Shown here: positions 48,654-58,352 of the stretch, in pieces
How the letters are laid out: every line of letters starts with the position of its first letter
How positions within the stretch are numbered: position 1 is the first letter of the stretch
Assembly: GCA_963845245.1 (NCBI GenBank)
Contig: CAWJRJ010000011.1
Span: 134,816-198,815 of the forward strand
Direction: 5' to 3'
Source of the DNA: Nitrospirota bacterium
Lineage (GTDB): Bacteria; Nitrospirota; JACRHJ01
DNA length: 64,000 bases
Made by a program: the position numbers and the translations under genes
The notes under the pieces: model-generated
What the model was told of the DNA's origin: nothing
Seen by the model: only the letters and a program-made list of their open reading frames with translations
The model's database searches: none

Positions 48654-49710
48654 ATGCATAAAAAGATTGCTGTTGCGATGAGCGGCGGGGTGGACAGCTC
48701 CCTTGCCGCGGCACTCCTGAAGGATGCGGGAAACGATGTCTTCGGCATCACCCTGCGCCTGTGGGGCGAGGAACGCGACAGCGAGCCCGCCATATCAAGC
48801 GCGAAGGCCGTCTGCAAGACTATAGGCATCGAGCACAAGGTCATCGACCTTCGCGAGAACTTCAAAAAAGAAATCATAGACAATTTCATCGGTCAATACG
48901 TCCTGGGGCTTACCCCGAACCCCTGCGTGCGCTGCAACGAACTCATCAAGTTCGGGATGCTGATGAAGCTGGTGGACCTGTTCCGCGCGGAGCGGCTTGC
49001 GACGGGACACTATGCCCGCGTCATGATAGACGGCAAAAGCGGTCGGTACAACCTCCTTACGGCGCTCGACTGCAACAAGGACCAGAGCTATTTCATGTAC
49101 CGTTTAAGCCAGAGGCAGCTATCCATGGCTGTGTTCCCGCTTGGCGAGATGACGAAGGAAGAGGTGCGTGACAGGGCGCGTATAATGGGCCTGCCATCGG
49201 CCGCAAACGAGGAGAGCCAGGAGGTCTGCTTCATCCCGGACAACGACTACCGCGGCTTCATAGAAAAGGAGCGCCCGGACGCCGTATGTGATGGCGAGTT
49301 CGTAGACACAAAAGGCAACGTGCTGGGCAGGCACCGGGGCATTGCATTTTATACAGTGGGCCAGCGCAAGGGCTTGGGAGTGTCCTCGCCGCTTGGACGC
49401 CGGTACGTGCTGGACAGGGACGCAGAGACAAACCGCGTCGTGCTCGGGGACGAGGAGGAACTGAAGAAACCGGACTGCCTCGTGGCCGACACGAACTGGA
49501 TAAGGATGGAGGCCCCTGCTGAGGCGTTCGAGGCCGACGTGAAGCTGCGGTATCGGTTCAAGCCCGTACACGCGACGCTGATACCGGAAGGGGGCTGGCG
49601 TCAGGATTAAATTTAAGACTCCAGAGCCAGGCGTCTCGCCCGGCCAGTCCGCCGTCTTCTATGACGGGGACGCGGTGATTGGCGGGGGGATAATACAGAA
49701 AGAGAAATAA
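48654..49710 (+). CDS. mnmA: tRNA 2-thiouridylase (indels near 49600)
   Basis: [35 protein letters not shown] in second frame. Confidence 0.93.
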
Positions 49711-49737
49711 AAAAGGCCGCCCAACCGGGCGGCCTTT
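49711..49737. terminator. Bidirectional terminator
   Basis: AAAGGCCGCCC/GGGCGGCCTTT between convergent genes. Confidence 0.75.
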
Positions 49738-49761
49738 AAAGTGCAAAGTCAAAGTGCAAAC

Positions 49762-50532
49762 CTACTTGCTTATCTTCGCGTCCTCTATCATTACCTCGTA
49801 TGCGTAGCCCGAGCCGAAGTCCTTGTCCTTCCGGAGCGCGCCCGTCACTGTGACGACATCGCCGACAGCGGCTTCGTCGGCTGTCGTGACCAGCATGTCA
49901 TGGGTGCCCTTTTCGGGGCTGCCCGTGCCGTCCTGGAGGTGGAGCCAGTTCTTGCCCATTATGCCGAGCGAGACCTTTGCCACACGGCCCTTCACGACGA
50001 CATCCTTGTCCTTGAGGGTGGCTGCCTTCGCGTAAAGTTCCGCAATGGTATATGCGTTCTCGCCCTTGGCCTTTTCCACGTTTATGTGCTCGGTTGGCGT
50101 GGCGATCGACTTGCTTCCGTGCATGGCACCTTCATTTTTGTCTGCCGGGGTGCCGGGCAGGTTCATGACGCCCGGGGAGAAGACGATCTTGTCGAAAGTG
50201 CGGTTCAGCGACTTGCTGTTGAAGTCTTCCATGATGTAGCCGGGTTTGAAGAACATGACCGAGTTCTTTACGACCTTGGTCTGGGGTATCGCTACCCAGA
50301 TCTTCTGTCCGGAGCTTTCGATGTTTACATAGGTGTAGCCACCCGCATCCATCGTCTCGACCACTTTGCCCGAAAGCGGCGCCGGAGCGGATTGATCGGC
50401 GGGGGCTGTCTGGCTGGCCGCCGCCGGGTGGGATGCGGGCTTGTTTTCCGTTAAAGTCTCGCTTGCTAATGCAGCCTGGGTAAACATTACGGCACATGCC
50501 GTGAAGGCCAGGCCTATCCTGAAGATCCTCAT
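49762..50532 (-). CDS. Exported double OB-fold protein (NrfJ-related)
   Basis: Signal peptide; GGYTYV...WVA, IMGKNWLHLQDGTG, KDFGSGY. Confidence 0.75.
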   Translation of the reverse strand: MRIFRIGLAFTACAVMFTQAALASETLTENKPASHPAAASQTAPADQSAPAPLSGKVVETMDAGGYTYVNIESSGQKIWVAIPQTKVVKNSVMFFKPGYIMEDFNSKSLNRTFDKIVFSPGVMNLPGTPADKNEGAMHGSKSIATPTEHINVEKAKGENAYTIAELYAKAATLKDKDVVVKGRVAKVSLGIMGKNWLHLQDGTGSPEKGTHDMLVTTADEAAVGDVVTVTGALRKDKDFGSGYAYEVMIEDAKISK

Positions 50533-50551
50533 ATCGATATCTCCTTTTTGG

Positions 50552-50869
50552 TCATCCGAACGAACAGATGTACTCGGTTATGCCGGCATGCACCTCGATC
50601 TCGAAAGACGAGTTGCCCGGCACGTTAAAAGAGCTGCCCTCTGCATACTCTTTCCAGGTGTCCTCGCCGGCAACCTTTGCACGGCAGGAACCGGATATTA
50701 TTTCCATTATCTCCGGCGCGCCGGTGTTGAAAAGGTAGGTGCCGGGGTAAATCAGCCCCAACGTTTTTTTGGTACCATCACCAAACTCTACCGTGTGGCT
50801 TATGACCTTTCCGTCGAAATAGACGTTGGCCTTGCAGACTACGCTCACTCCCTCAAAACGGGACTGCAT
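50552..50869 (-). CDS. ppnP: Pyrimidine/purine nucleoside phosphorylase (DUF1255)
   Basis: NVYFDGKV.S, TLGLI.PG.Y.F.T..E.M. Confidence 0.9.
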   Translation of the reverse strand: MQSRFEGVSVVCKANVYFDGKVISHTVEFGDGTKKTLGLIYPGTYLFNTGAPEIMEIISGSCRAKVAGEDTWKEYAEGSSFNVPGNSSFEIEVHAGITEYICSFG

Positions 50870-50987
50870 TCTTGACCCTCCTTGATTTTAACAGTATCTG
50901 AAAATAAAGGTTCTTTTTAAGGATAATCCCATATCAAAAAACAAGCAATATAAAAAAGAGTTTTGCCGGGAAAAACCAGGGCAGGCC

Positions 50988-52215
50988 TTATTGCTGGTCC
51001 GGCAGGTCCGGGAGTGAGAGCGGTGTCTCATCTTGCTCGCCGGCATCCTCGCCGGCATCCTCGCCCGTAAGCCGGAGTACGGAGCTGGAATATCTCCCCA
51101 GGTGGGTGTTGGCTGCGGAGTAGGCCTTCTGGGCGTTCTCAAGGCCTTTCCCCACCGCGTCGAACTTTTCATGGAAGTATCCGAAATGCTTCCGCGCCTT
51201 CTTTATGTTCTCGATGGTCTTCTCCACGCCCTTGGCCATCCTGTAATAATCGAAAGAAAGGGTGATGCCTTTAAGGGTAACCGCGAGGGTGTTGGGGGAG
51301 ACTGGATAGACCCGCAGCTTCTGGAGGAAGCCCCAGAGCTCGCCGTCCCTTACCACCTCGAAATAAAGCGTCTCGCTCGGGAGGAACATCAAGGCCATGT
51401 CGGTCGTGCCGTGTTCGGGCCGGATGTATTTTGCGGCGATATCCCTGGCCTGTTCCTTCACAACCCTTGATAGGGCCTTCCTTGCCTCGGCAAGTTCCGC
51501 AGTACCGCACTGCTCGAAAAGCGGCAGCACCTGCTCGCGCGGGAACTTGGAATCGACCGGGAGGTTTGCGCCCGGCAGTTTTATCAGGAGGTCGACCCTC
51601 TCGGCGGAGCCGGGGGCTATCTGCGCCTGCAGCTCATAGAGCGACGGGGGCAGGAACTCGGATATCAACACCTCAAGCGCGGCCTCGCCGAACCCGCCCC
51701 TCAGGTGCGGGAGCTTCAGAAGGCTGTTGAGTTCGTTTATGGACGTCCCAACCGCCGAGACGTTGATAAGCTGTGCCTCTGCCTTAAGCAGGTGTTCCTG
51801 AACCTTTTCAAAATGCGCGAAGCCTTCCTTTATGTTCTCGTCGAGCTTGGCCTGGACCTGCTGGCCTATAATGCCAAGCCGTTCATCGACCTTGCTGCGG
51901 ATAGCCTCAAGGGCCTTGCCCGTCTCTTCCCTGCCCTGGGCCAGCTGGAGGTCGAGCTTTTCGCGCATCTCCGAGAAACCATGTGTCAGGCGGTCGGACA
52001 CCTCCTGGCGCATGTCAGCCCCGGACCTGGTCACGAGCCCCGAGATGGAGACCGAGTTCTGCTGGAGCGAGTTCCCGAGCTCCTGCCGAAGCGCCGCCAG
52101 GGAGCCCTCCAGCCTGCAAAGTTTCCTCTGCACGCGAACCGGAATCTTTCCGGGCCAGGAGGATTATAACCAACAGAAGTGTGGCGATGGATATGATAAG
52201 GGATATTATTTCCAT
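50988..52215 (-). CDS. rmuC: RmuC family protein (indel near 52135)
   Basis: N-terminal TM, RGGFGE, VDSKFP, KYI.P..TTD.A.MFLPSE. Confidence 0.88.
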
Positions 52216-52487
52216 AAAACTTCATTATTCCTGAGATAGGATTCCATAGTTCTGCCTATTCTACATTAGGTACGTTGGAGTCGCAAGGCTTTTCCGGGGG
52301 GGCAACGGGGAGCGGATGGCCTTTTGACGTAAGCTGCCGGAATCACTCGCAAAAAATGCAGATAAGATCACCGTGATAATAAGCGTAACAGGCCTGTGCT
52401 GTGGTGGGAAAATTCCTGATTAAAATAAGTAAGTATAGGGTTCTGAATGATTATTTTACTTTTTTTTTAAAAAATACTCTAGTTCAC

Positions 52488-52515
52488 GTGACAAAATACG
52501 ATTAATTGCTATAAT
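52488..52515 (+). promoter_or_regulatory. Candidate promoter of the cytochrome-porin pair
   Basis: GTGACA-N16-TATAAT with TG extension. Confidence 0.55.
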
Positions 52516-52581
52516 ATATCAAACGACTTAATAATATCGGAGGATGTACAACGGGTTTTATAAGCGAAAGGAGGCAGTCGT

Positions 52582-53487
52582 ATGTTCTTTTTCAGGTTTA
52601 GAGGTTTCCTCTGCACAGTCTTGCTCTTGGCCGCGGTCGGCATCGGGATGCCGGTGTTGGCCACCGCCGCCGATGACAGTTACGCCGGGGCAGCCAAATG
52701 CGCCGGGTGCCATGCGGAAATCGCCGCGGCGTTCGCGAAAAACATCCACAGCCATGCGGACAAATGGGAGGCAGGCTTCCAGGGTTGCGAGGGCTGCCAC
52801 GGCCCCGGCGAGACGCACGCCTCGTCTAGCGACCCCAACCTTATCAGAAATTTCCGGAAGCTCGACGCCAAAAATGCAAACGCGACCTGCCTGGGTTGCC
52901 ACGAGAAGGGCAAGCTTGTACACTGGACCGGCAGCCAGCATGAATCGCGCGGCCTTGGGTGTGTGGACTGCCACTCCATACACGGGGGCAACCGCCATCT
53001 CCTAAGAGAGGTCGAGGAGAAAGACGTCTGCGCAAGGTGCCACCTGGACATAAAGGCACAGCTTCTGAGGAGCAGTCATCACCCGATCCGCGAGGGCAAG
53101 ATCACCTGCTCCGACTGCCACAACCCGCACGGCACGATAGCCCCCAAGCTTATCGACGCAAATACGATAAACGACAAATGCTTCGAATGCCACGCCGAGA
53201 AGCGCGGGCCGTTCCTGTTCGAGCACAAGCCGGTGGTGGATGACTGCATCAACTGTCACACCCCGCACGGATCGAACCACGAAAAACTCCTTGTCAGAAA
53301 GGTGCCCTGGCTCTGCCTGAACTGCCATACCGGACATGGCAACAGGGGAGAAGGATTTGCACTTACACCGAGCCAGACGAACCCTTACAAGAGCCTGCGT
53401 GTAACGGCTCTTTATAGGGCGTGTCTAAACTGCCACGGGAACATCCATGGCAGCAACCATCCATCTGGCCAACGCTTCACCCGGTAA
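52582..53487 (+). CDS. DmsE/MtrA/PioA-family decaheme cytochrome c
   Basis: Signal peptide; ten CxxCH motifs; EKRGPFLFEH; IHGSNHPSG. Confidence 0.93.
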   Translation: MFFFRFRGFLCTVLLLAAVGIGMPVLATAADDSYAGAAKCAGCHAEIAAAFAKNIHSHADKWEAGFQGCEGCHGPGETHASSSDPNLIRNFRKLDAKNANATCLGCHEKGKLVHWTGSQHESRGLGCVDCHSIHGGNRHLLREVEEKDVCARCHLDIKAQLLRSSHHPIREGKITCSDCHNPHGTIAPKLIDANTINDKCFECHAEKRGPFLFEHKPVVDDCINCHTPHGSNHEKLLVRKVPWLCLNCHTGHGNRGEGFALTPSQTNPYKSLRVTALYRACLNCHGNIHGSNHPSGQRFTR

Positions 53488-53513
53488 AGGGCATAGACAA
53501 AGGAGGAAAGGCA

Positions 53514-55595
53514 ATGATAAAGATAAAGTACATCCTGGCCGTCATGGCCATGCTAATACTCTCCGCTGTCCCCGCCCTTGCGGTCGAGGGCGTGGAGGGC
53601 TCTGTTACGGGAGGGTTCGAGTTTTTCAGCGGTGACTTCAACAACGCCAAGTTCAACGAGTACCGCGTAAGGAGGGAGTCCCCCTGGGGCGGGTTTGCGG
53701 AGGTCGAAGCCAACTATGCAAAGCCGGACGGCAACCATGAGTATAACCTCTGCCTGAAATACAGGAGCCTTGAGGACATCGATATGCATTTTGATACGAT
53801 GTCTTACGGCGAATACAAATTCTTCGTGAACTACCAGCGGATGGGCCACACGTTCGCAACTAACGTGCATACCGTATATTCCGGAGACGGCACAGGGAAT
53901 CTGACCATTCCTGCCTCGACCTTGGCCACCGTAAATCCCAGTGATACTTTTACGTTACCTGGCTCGGCTTTGGCCCTCAAGGACGCAGTCGCTGATGCGC
54001 ATACCATAGACCTCTTCCTCATCAGGGACAGGGTCAAGACCGGACTTGACTGGATGTCGTTCAAGCCGCTTACGCTATACGCCCTGTTCGACTATGAACA
54101 CAGGGAGGGCGACAGGCCCTACGGCGCAACATTCGGTACCGACAATGGCATCGAGATACCGGAGCCGATAGACTACGACACATACAATGCCAAGGCCGGA
54201 GTGGAGTATGCCGGGCAGATGTATGCCAACGCCAGCTACAACCACTCTACGTTCAACAACAATATCCAGTCGGTTACCTATGACAATATAAAGGAGGGCA
54301 TCGGCGTCCCGACGAGGGGCAGGAGTTCTCTGGCACCTTCGAACGAGTTCGACAGCGTCTCGGTCGTGCTGGCGAAGAACCTCCCGCTCGCCACAAGGCT
54401 GATCTTTAATTTCAACTACGGCTGGCTCAGGCAGGACGAGGGCCTCCTTCCCCCGACCATAAATTCCGGTCTCGCTCCGTATAATACCACGGCCGTCCTT
54501 CCGAGGGACACCGCGGACGCAAGTGTGAACACCACGACCTATGACGTCAAGCTGACGTCGAGCCCCATAGACAAACTGGAACTGAAGGCCGGCTACCGTT
54601 ACTATCAACATGACAACAGGACTGCGGCAGCCCTCTTCCCCACCTCATTCACGGATACAGCTGATGATACATTAGAAGCAGACCCTTCCGAGTACGTAAG
54701 TTGGGTATCCCGCACGGTCAATGCGGAGGCCTCGTACGAGTTGGTCAGGCGTACGCATATAGGCTTCGCATGGGAGAACATGAATACATTGTACAGGAAC
54801 GGGATTCAGAACGAGGAGAGCGAGAATTCCTACAAGCTGTATGCGGACAGCAGGTTTCTCGATTATCTTACCGCAAGGCTGACCCTCGAATACAAGAACA
54901 GGGACGCGCTCTATAAATTAGAGTCCACCACCACACCGCGGGCGTTCTATGCCGCGGATAGAGACAGGTACATCGCCAACGCCCTCGTGACAGTCATGCC
55001 GATGGACAGCCTGACCGTTTCCGTGGACTACAGCTATGAAGACACAAGATATGCAAATACGGACTACGGCCTAAACAACGTGAGGGGCCACGTCGCCGGT
55101 CTGGACGCGGAATATCAGCCTGCATGGTGGCTTGGCATGAACCTCTATTATACCTACGAGAACCAGCGTGATCGTCAGAAAAATCCCAGGTCGGGCGCCA
55201 ACTGGGGGATTAAGACCACGGACGAGACCAACACCGTCGGCGGCGGGGTGGACGTCGGGATAATAAAGGACAAGCTCAATCTCAAAGTCGATGGATCCTA
55301 CGCCAAGGTCGACGGAGACGCGGCCTTTACGAGAAACACACCGCTATTGCCTTTTGACCACGTGGACGAGACCATGCTTACCAAGCTCGGGGCCACATTC
55401 AAGTACCAGGCAATGAAGGCGCTCGAACTGTCGCTTGGCTATGGCTACGAGAAATGGGACATAAAGGATTACCAGTATGACGGTGTGACCACCGTAGTAG
55501 TGGATCCAGGCTCCAGGACCCTGCTTGATATGAATACGCTCTACAAGCCGTACGAGGTACACTCTGTAATAGCGAGTGCAACGTACAAGTTCTAA
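53514..55595 (+). CDS. MtrB/PioB-family outer-membrane beta-barrel
   Basis: Signal peptide, AKFNEYR, PEPIDY, C-terminal ATYKF; follows decaheme gene. Confidence 0.9.
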   Translation: MIKIKYILAVMAMLILSAVPALAVEGVEGSVTGGFEFFSGDFNNAKFNEYRVRRESPWGGFAEVEANYAKPDGNHEYNLCLKYRSLEDIDMHFDTMSYGEYKFFVNYQRMGHTFATNVHTVYSGDGTGNLTIPASTLATVNPSDTFTLPGSALALKDAVADAHTIDLFLIRDRVKTGLDWMSFKPLTLYALFDYEHREGDRPYGATFGTDNGIEIPEPIDYDTYNAKAGVEYAGQMYANASYNHSTFNNNIQSVTYDNIKEGIGVPTRGRSSLAPSNEFDSVSVVLAKNLPLATRLIFNFNYGWLRQDEGLLPPTINSGLAPYNTTAVLPRDTADASVNTTTYDVKLTSSPIDKLELKAGYRYYQHDNRTAAALFPTSFTDTADDTLEADPSEYVSWVSRTVNAEASYELVRRTHIGFAWENMNTLYRNGIQNEESENSYKLYADSRFLDYLTARLTLEYKNRDALYKLESTTTPRAFYAADRDRYIANALVTVMPMDSLTVSVDYSYEDTRYANTDYGLNNVRGHVAGLDAEYQPAWWLGMNLYYTYENQRDRQKNPRSGANWGIKTTDETNTVGGGVDVGIIKDKLNLKVDGSYAKVDGDAAFTRNTPLLPFDHVDETMLTKLGATFKYQAMKALELSLGYGYEKWDIKDYQYDGVTTVVVDPGSRTLLDMNTLYKPYEVHSVIASATYKF

Positions 55596-55602
55596 CATCC
55601 CG

Positions 55603-55685
55603 GCTTTCTTTTGGTTCTTTTCTTTCACCTGAAAGAAAAGAACGATATTAGACGCAGCTTTCTTTTTTATAAAAGAAAGCTGCGT
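55603..55685. repeat. A/T-rich hairpin+mirror-tail repeat plus a related tail-less hairpin (possible terminator)
   Basis: CTTTCTTTT-G-GTTCTTTTCTTTCA-CC-TGAAAGAAAAGAAC; ACGCAGCTTTCTTTT/AAAAGAAAGCTGCGT followed by T-run. Confidence 0.8.
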
Positions 55686-55705
55686 TTTTTTGTTATCATA
55701 GGATT

Positions 55706-56786
55706 ATGAGTGATTTCCGAATACTTGTCATAAACCCAGGCTCCACATCGACAAAGCTGTCATACTTCGTCGGAAACGTTGAAGCGGAGCGCGGGCGCAT
55801 CGAGCACCCCATGGATGAGCTTGGGCGCTTCCCGGACATCCCGTCCCAGGTCGGTTACAGGCTCGGGCTGGTCGAGGAGTTTATCGGGGCTGACGGCATC
55901 ATAAGCAAAGGCCTCGACGCCATCGCCGCGCGCGGCGGGCTCATGAAGCCGGTTAAGAAGCGGCACATACCGCATTAACCAGGCTATGGTGGACGACCTT
56001 GTCCGCTCGAAGGAGCGCTGGGGCCGCGAACATGCGTCGAACCTCGGGGCGATGCTCGCCCTGAGGCTGTCGGAGAAGTACGCTGTCCCGGCCTTCACGT
56101 CCGACCCGGTAACGGTGGACGAGATGTCGGACGTTGCGCGGATATCAGGCATCCCGGAGATAAAGAGGAAGAGCCACCTGCACGCCCTGAATATAAAGGC
56201 GGTATTAAGGCGCGCATGCGCCGACCTTGGCCTGGACGTGGCCGCCTCCGGGTTCGTAATCGCGCATATTGGCGGCGGCGTCTCCATCGCGGCGGTAAAG
56301 GGCGGGGAGATACTGGACGTGAACAACGCGCTTCTCGGCATGGGGCCGTTCGGCCCGTCGCGCGCGGGCGCGCTCCCGATCGGCGACCTGGTCGGGCTTG
56401 CATTCACCGGCGGCTATGACAGGGCAGGGCTTGAGAGAAAGCTCGTATACGAAAGCGGCCTGACGGGCTACCTCGGCACGCCGGACGTGAGGGAGGTGGA
56501 GCGCAGGGTGTTGTCCGGTGACGCGCTCGCCGATACCGTATACAGGGCGATGGCATACCAGACGGCAAAGGAGATAGGCGCGATGGCGGCGACTCTTTCG
56601 GGCAGGGTGGATGCGGTGCTGCTTACCGGAGGTGTCGCAAACTCCGGGATGTTCACAGGCATGGTTTCGGCTATGACCGACTTTTATAGCGCCTGTCCGG
56701 GTATACCCGGGCGAGTTCGAGATGGAGGCGCTTGCCGGACATGCCCGGGCAGTGCTGGCAGGGGAGGAAGAGGTCATGAATTATGA
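55706..56786 (+). CDS. buk: Butyrate kinase (indels near 55965 and 56690)
   Basis: INPGSTSTK, RGGL, HASNLG, HALN.KA, AHIGGG. Confidence 0.9.
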
Positions 56787-57734
56787 ATAGGGCGTCAAAC
56801 TTCGAACAGCTCGCGGAGATGGCGCGCGCGTTTATGTCAGGCAGGAAGCCGCCTCGCATAGCGGTATGCGCAGCCGAGGACAAAAGCTCGATCGTCGCGA
56901 TGGCCGAGGCGGAAAGGGCGGGCCTGGCCTCGCCGATACTGATAGGAGACAAGAAGGAGATCGTAAGGCTTGCCGCGGAGAACCACATATACGCCTCCTC
57001 ATTCGAGATAATCGACGTTACGGGGAATGCGGAGAAGGCCCAGGCCGGGGTCGCGCTGATAAGGGCGGGAAAGGCGGACATCCTGATGAAGGGGATGATA
57101 CCCACGTCCACGTTCCTGCACCCGATATTCAGGCACGAGGACGGCCTGCTCACCGGGAACTTCATAAGCCACGTCGGTGTGCTTGAGGTCGCCGAGCTGG
57201 GCCGGTTCATCCTGCAGACTGACGGAGGGCTGAACATCAGCCCCACGTTGGAGATGAAGAAGGGGATAATAAAGAACGCCGTCTTCGTGGCGCACCTCCT
57301 TGGCATCGAGAGGCCGAAGGTGGCGCTTCTGTCCGCCACCGAGAAGGTACACTCAAAGATAAAGTCCACTGTGGAGGCGAGGGACCTGGCCGTCTGGGCG
57401 AAGGAAGAGGTGGCCGACGCGGACGTGGACGGGCCGATGGCGCTCGACATCGCGCTGTCAAAGGAATGCCGCCGCAAGGAAAGGGGCATCGGGTGCGGTC
57501 GCGGGGAACGCAGACATACTGGTCGCCCCGGACATAGAATCGGGGAACATCCTGTACAAGGCGATAAGGATATTCGGCCACGCCCACGGGGCGGGTATCG
57601 TGGTGGGTGCGGCCTGCCCGGTCATGCTCACGTCACGCTCCGATTCGCCAAGCGAAAAGCTCAACTCGCTTGCGCTCGCGGCACTGTATGCTGGCAGGAT
57701 CTCGGAAGCCGGCTACAGGGTGAATAAACCATGA
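56783..57734 (+). CDS. ptb: Phosphate butyryl/acetyltransferase (indel near 57480)
   Basis: ILMKG, DGPMALD, ILVAPDIESGN, LTSRSD. Confidence 0.87.
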
Positions 57735-58249
57735 GGATAATAACCGTATCGGGAGCAGGGAGCGGGGTGGGGAAGACGGCCCTCACCGTCTTTCTCCTCT
57801 CCTGCCTGAAGGGTTATGCGGCCATAAAGGTCTCGGCCTCCGGGTTCTTCACGCGTGTCACGGACAGCCCTGAAGTTATAGAGGAAGAGGGCAAGGACAC
57901 CGCGCTCATGAAGAAGGCCGGTGCGTCGCACGTGGTCTTTGTGCAGGGCCCGCCCGCCGACATCAGCGAGACGCTTTCGATGGCCATGAGCCTTGCAGGC
58001 GACGTGCCCGGAGTGGTCATAGAGGGAAACAGCCCGCTCAAAGCGCTTAAGCCCGACACCGCATATTTCGTGATAGGCGAAGACGGCGAGATGAAGCCGG
58101 GCGCGGACGAGGCGCTCTCCCTGGCGGACGTCGTGGTGGTTAACGCGGATATCATTGACGACAGGCTGGTCGAAAAGATACGCGGGTTTAACAAGAAGGC
58201 CGGGATTATAACATTTGACGCCTTGAGATTCTCCGGGCCGCTGCCATAA
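57731..58249 (+). CDS. MobB-like P-loop NTPase
   Basis: SGAGSGVGKT, GKDT, VIEGNS. Confidence 0.65.
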   Translation: MRIITVSGAGSGVGKTALTVFLLSCLKGYAAIKVSASGFFTRVTDSPEVIEEEGKDTALMKKAGASHVVFVQGPPADISETLSMAMSLAGDVPGVVIEGNSPLKALKPDTAYFVIGEDGEMKPGADEALSLADVVVVNADIIDDRLVEKIRGFNKKAGIITFDALRFSGPLP

Positions 58250-58352
58250 ACCGTGCGCCCCACCCCCGCCCAAATCCTTGACTATGATACCTGAAGCATG
58301 CTATTTTAAAAAGGTTTCCGTCCTTTTGGCAACCCCTTGGCGTTAGAAAAAA

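Noticed and set aside
52220..52560. Fnr/Crp box upstream of the decaheme gene
   Set aside because: No TTGAT-N4-ATCAA or TGTGA-N6-TCACA match; only short palindromes
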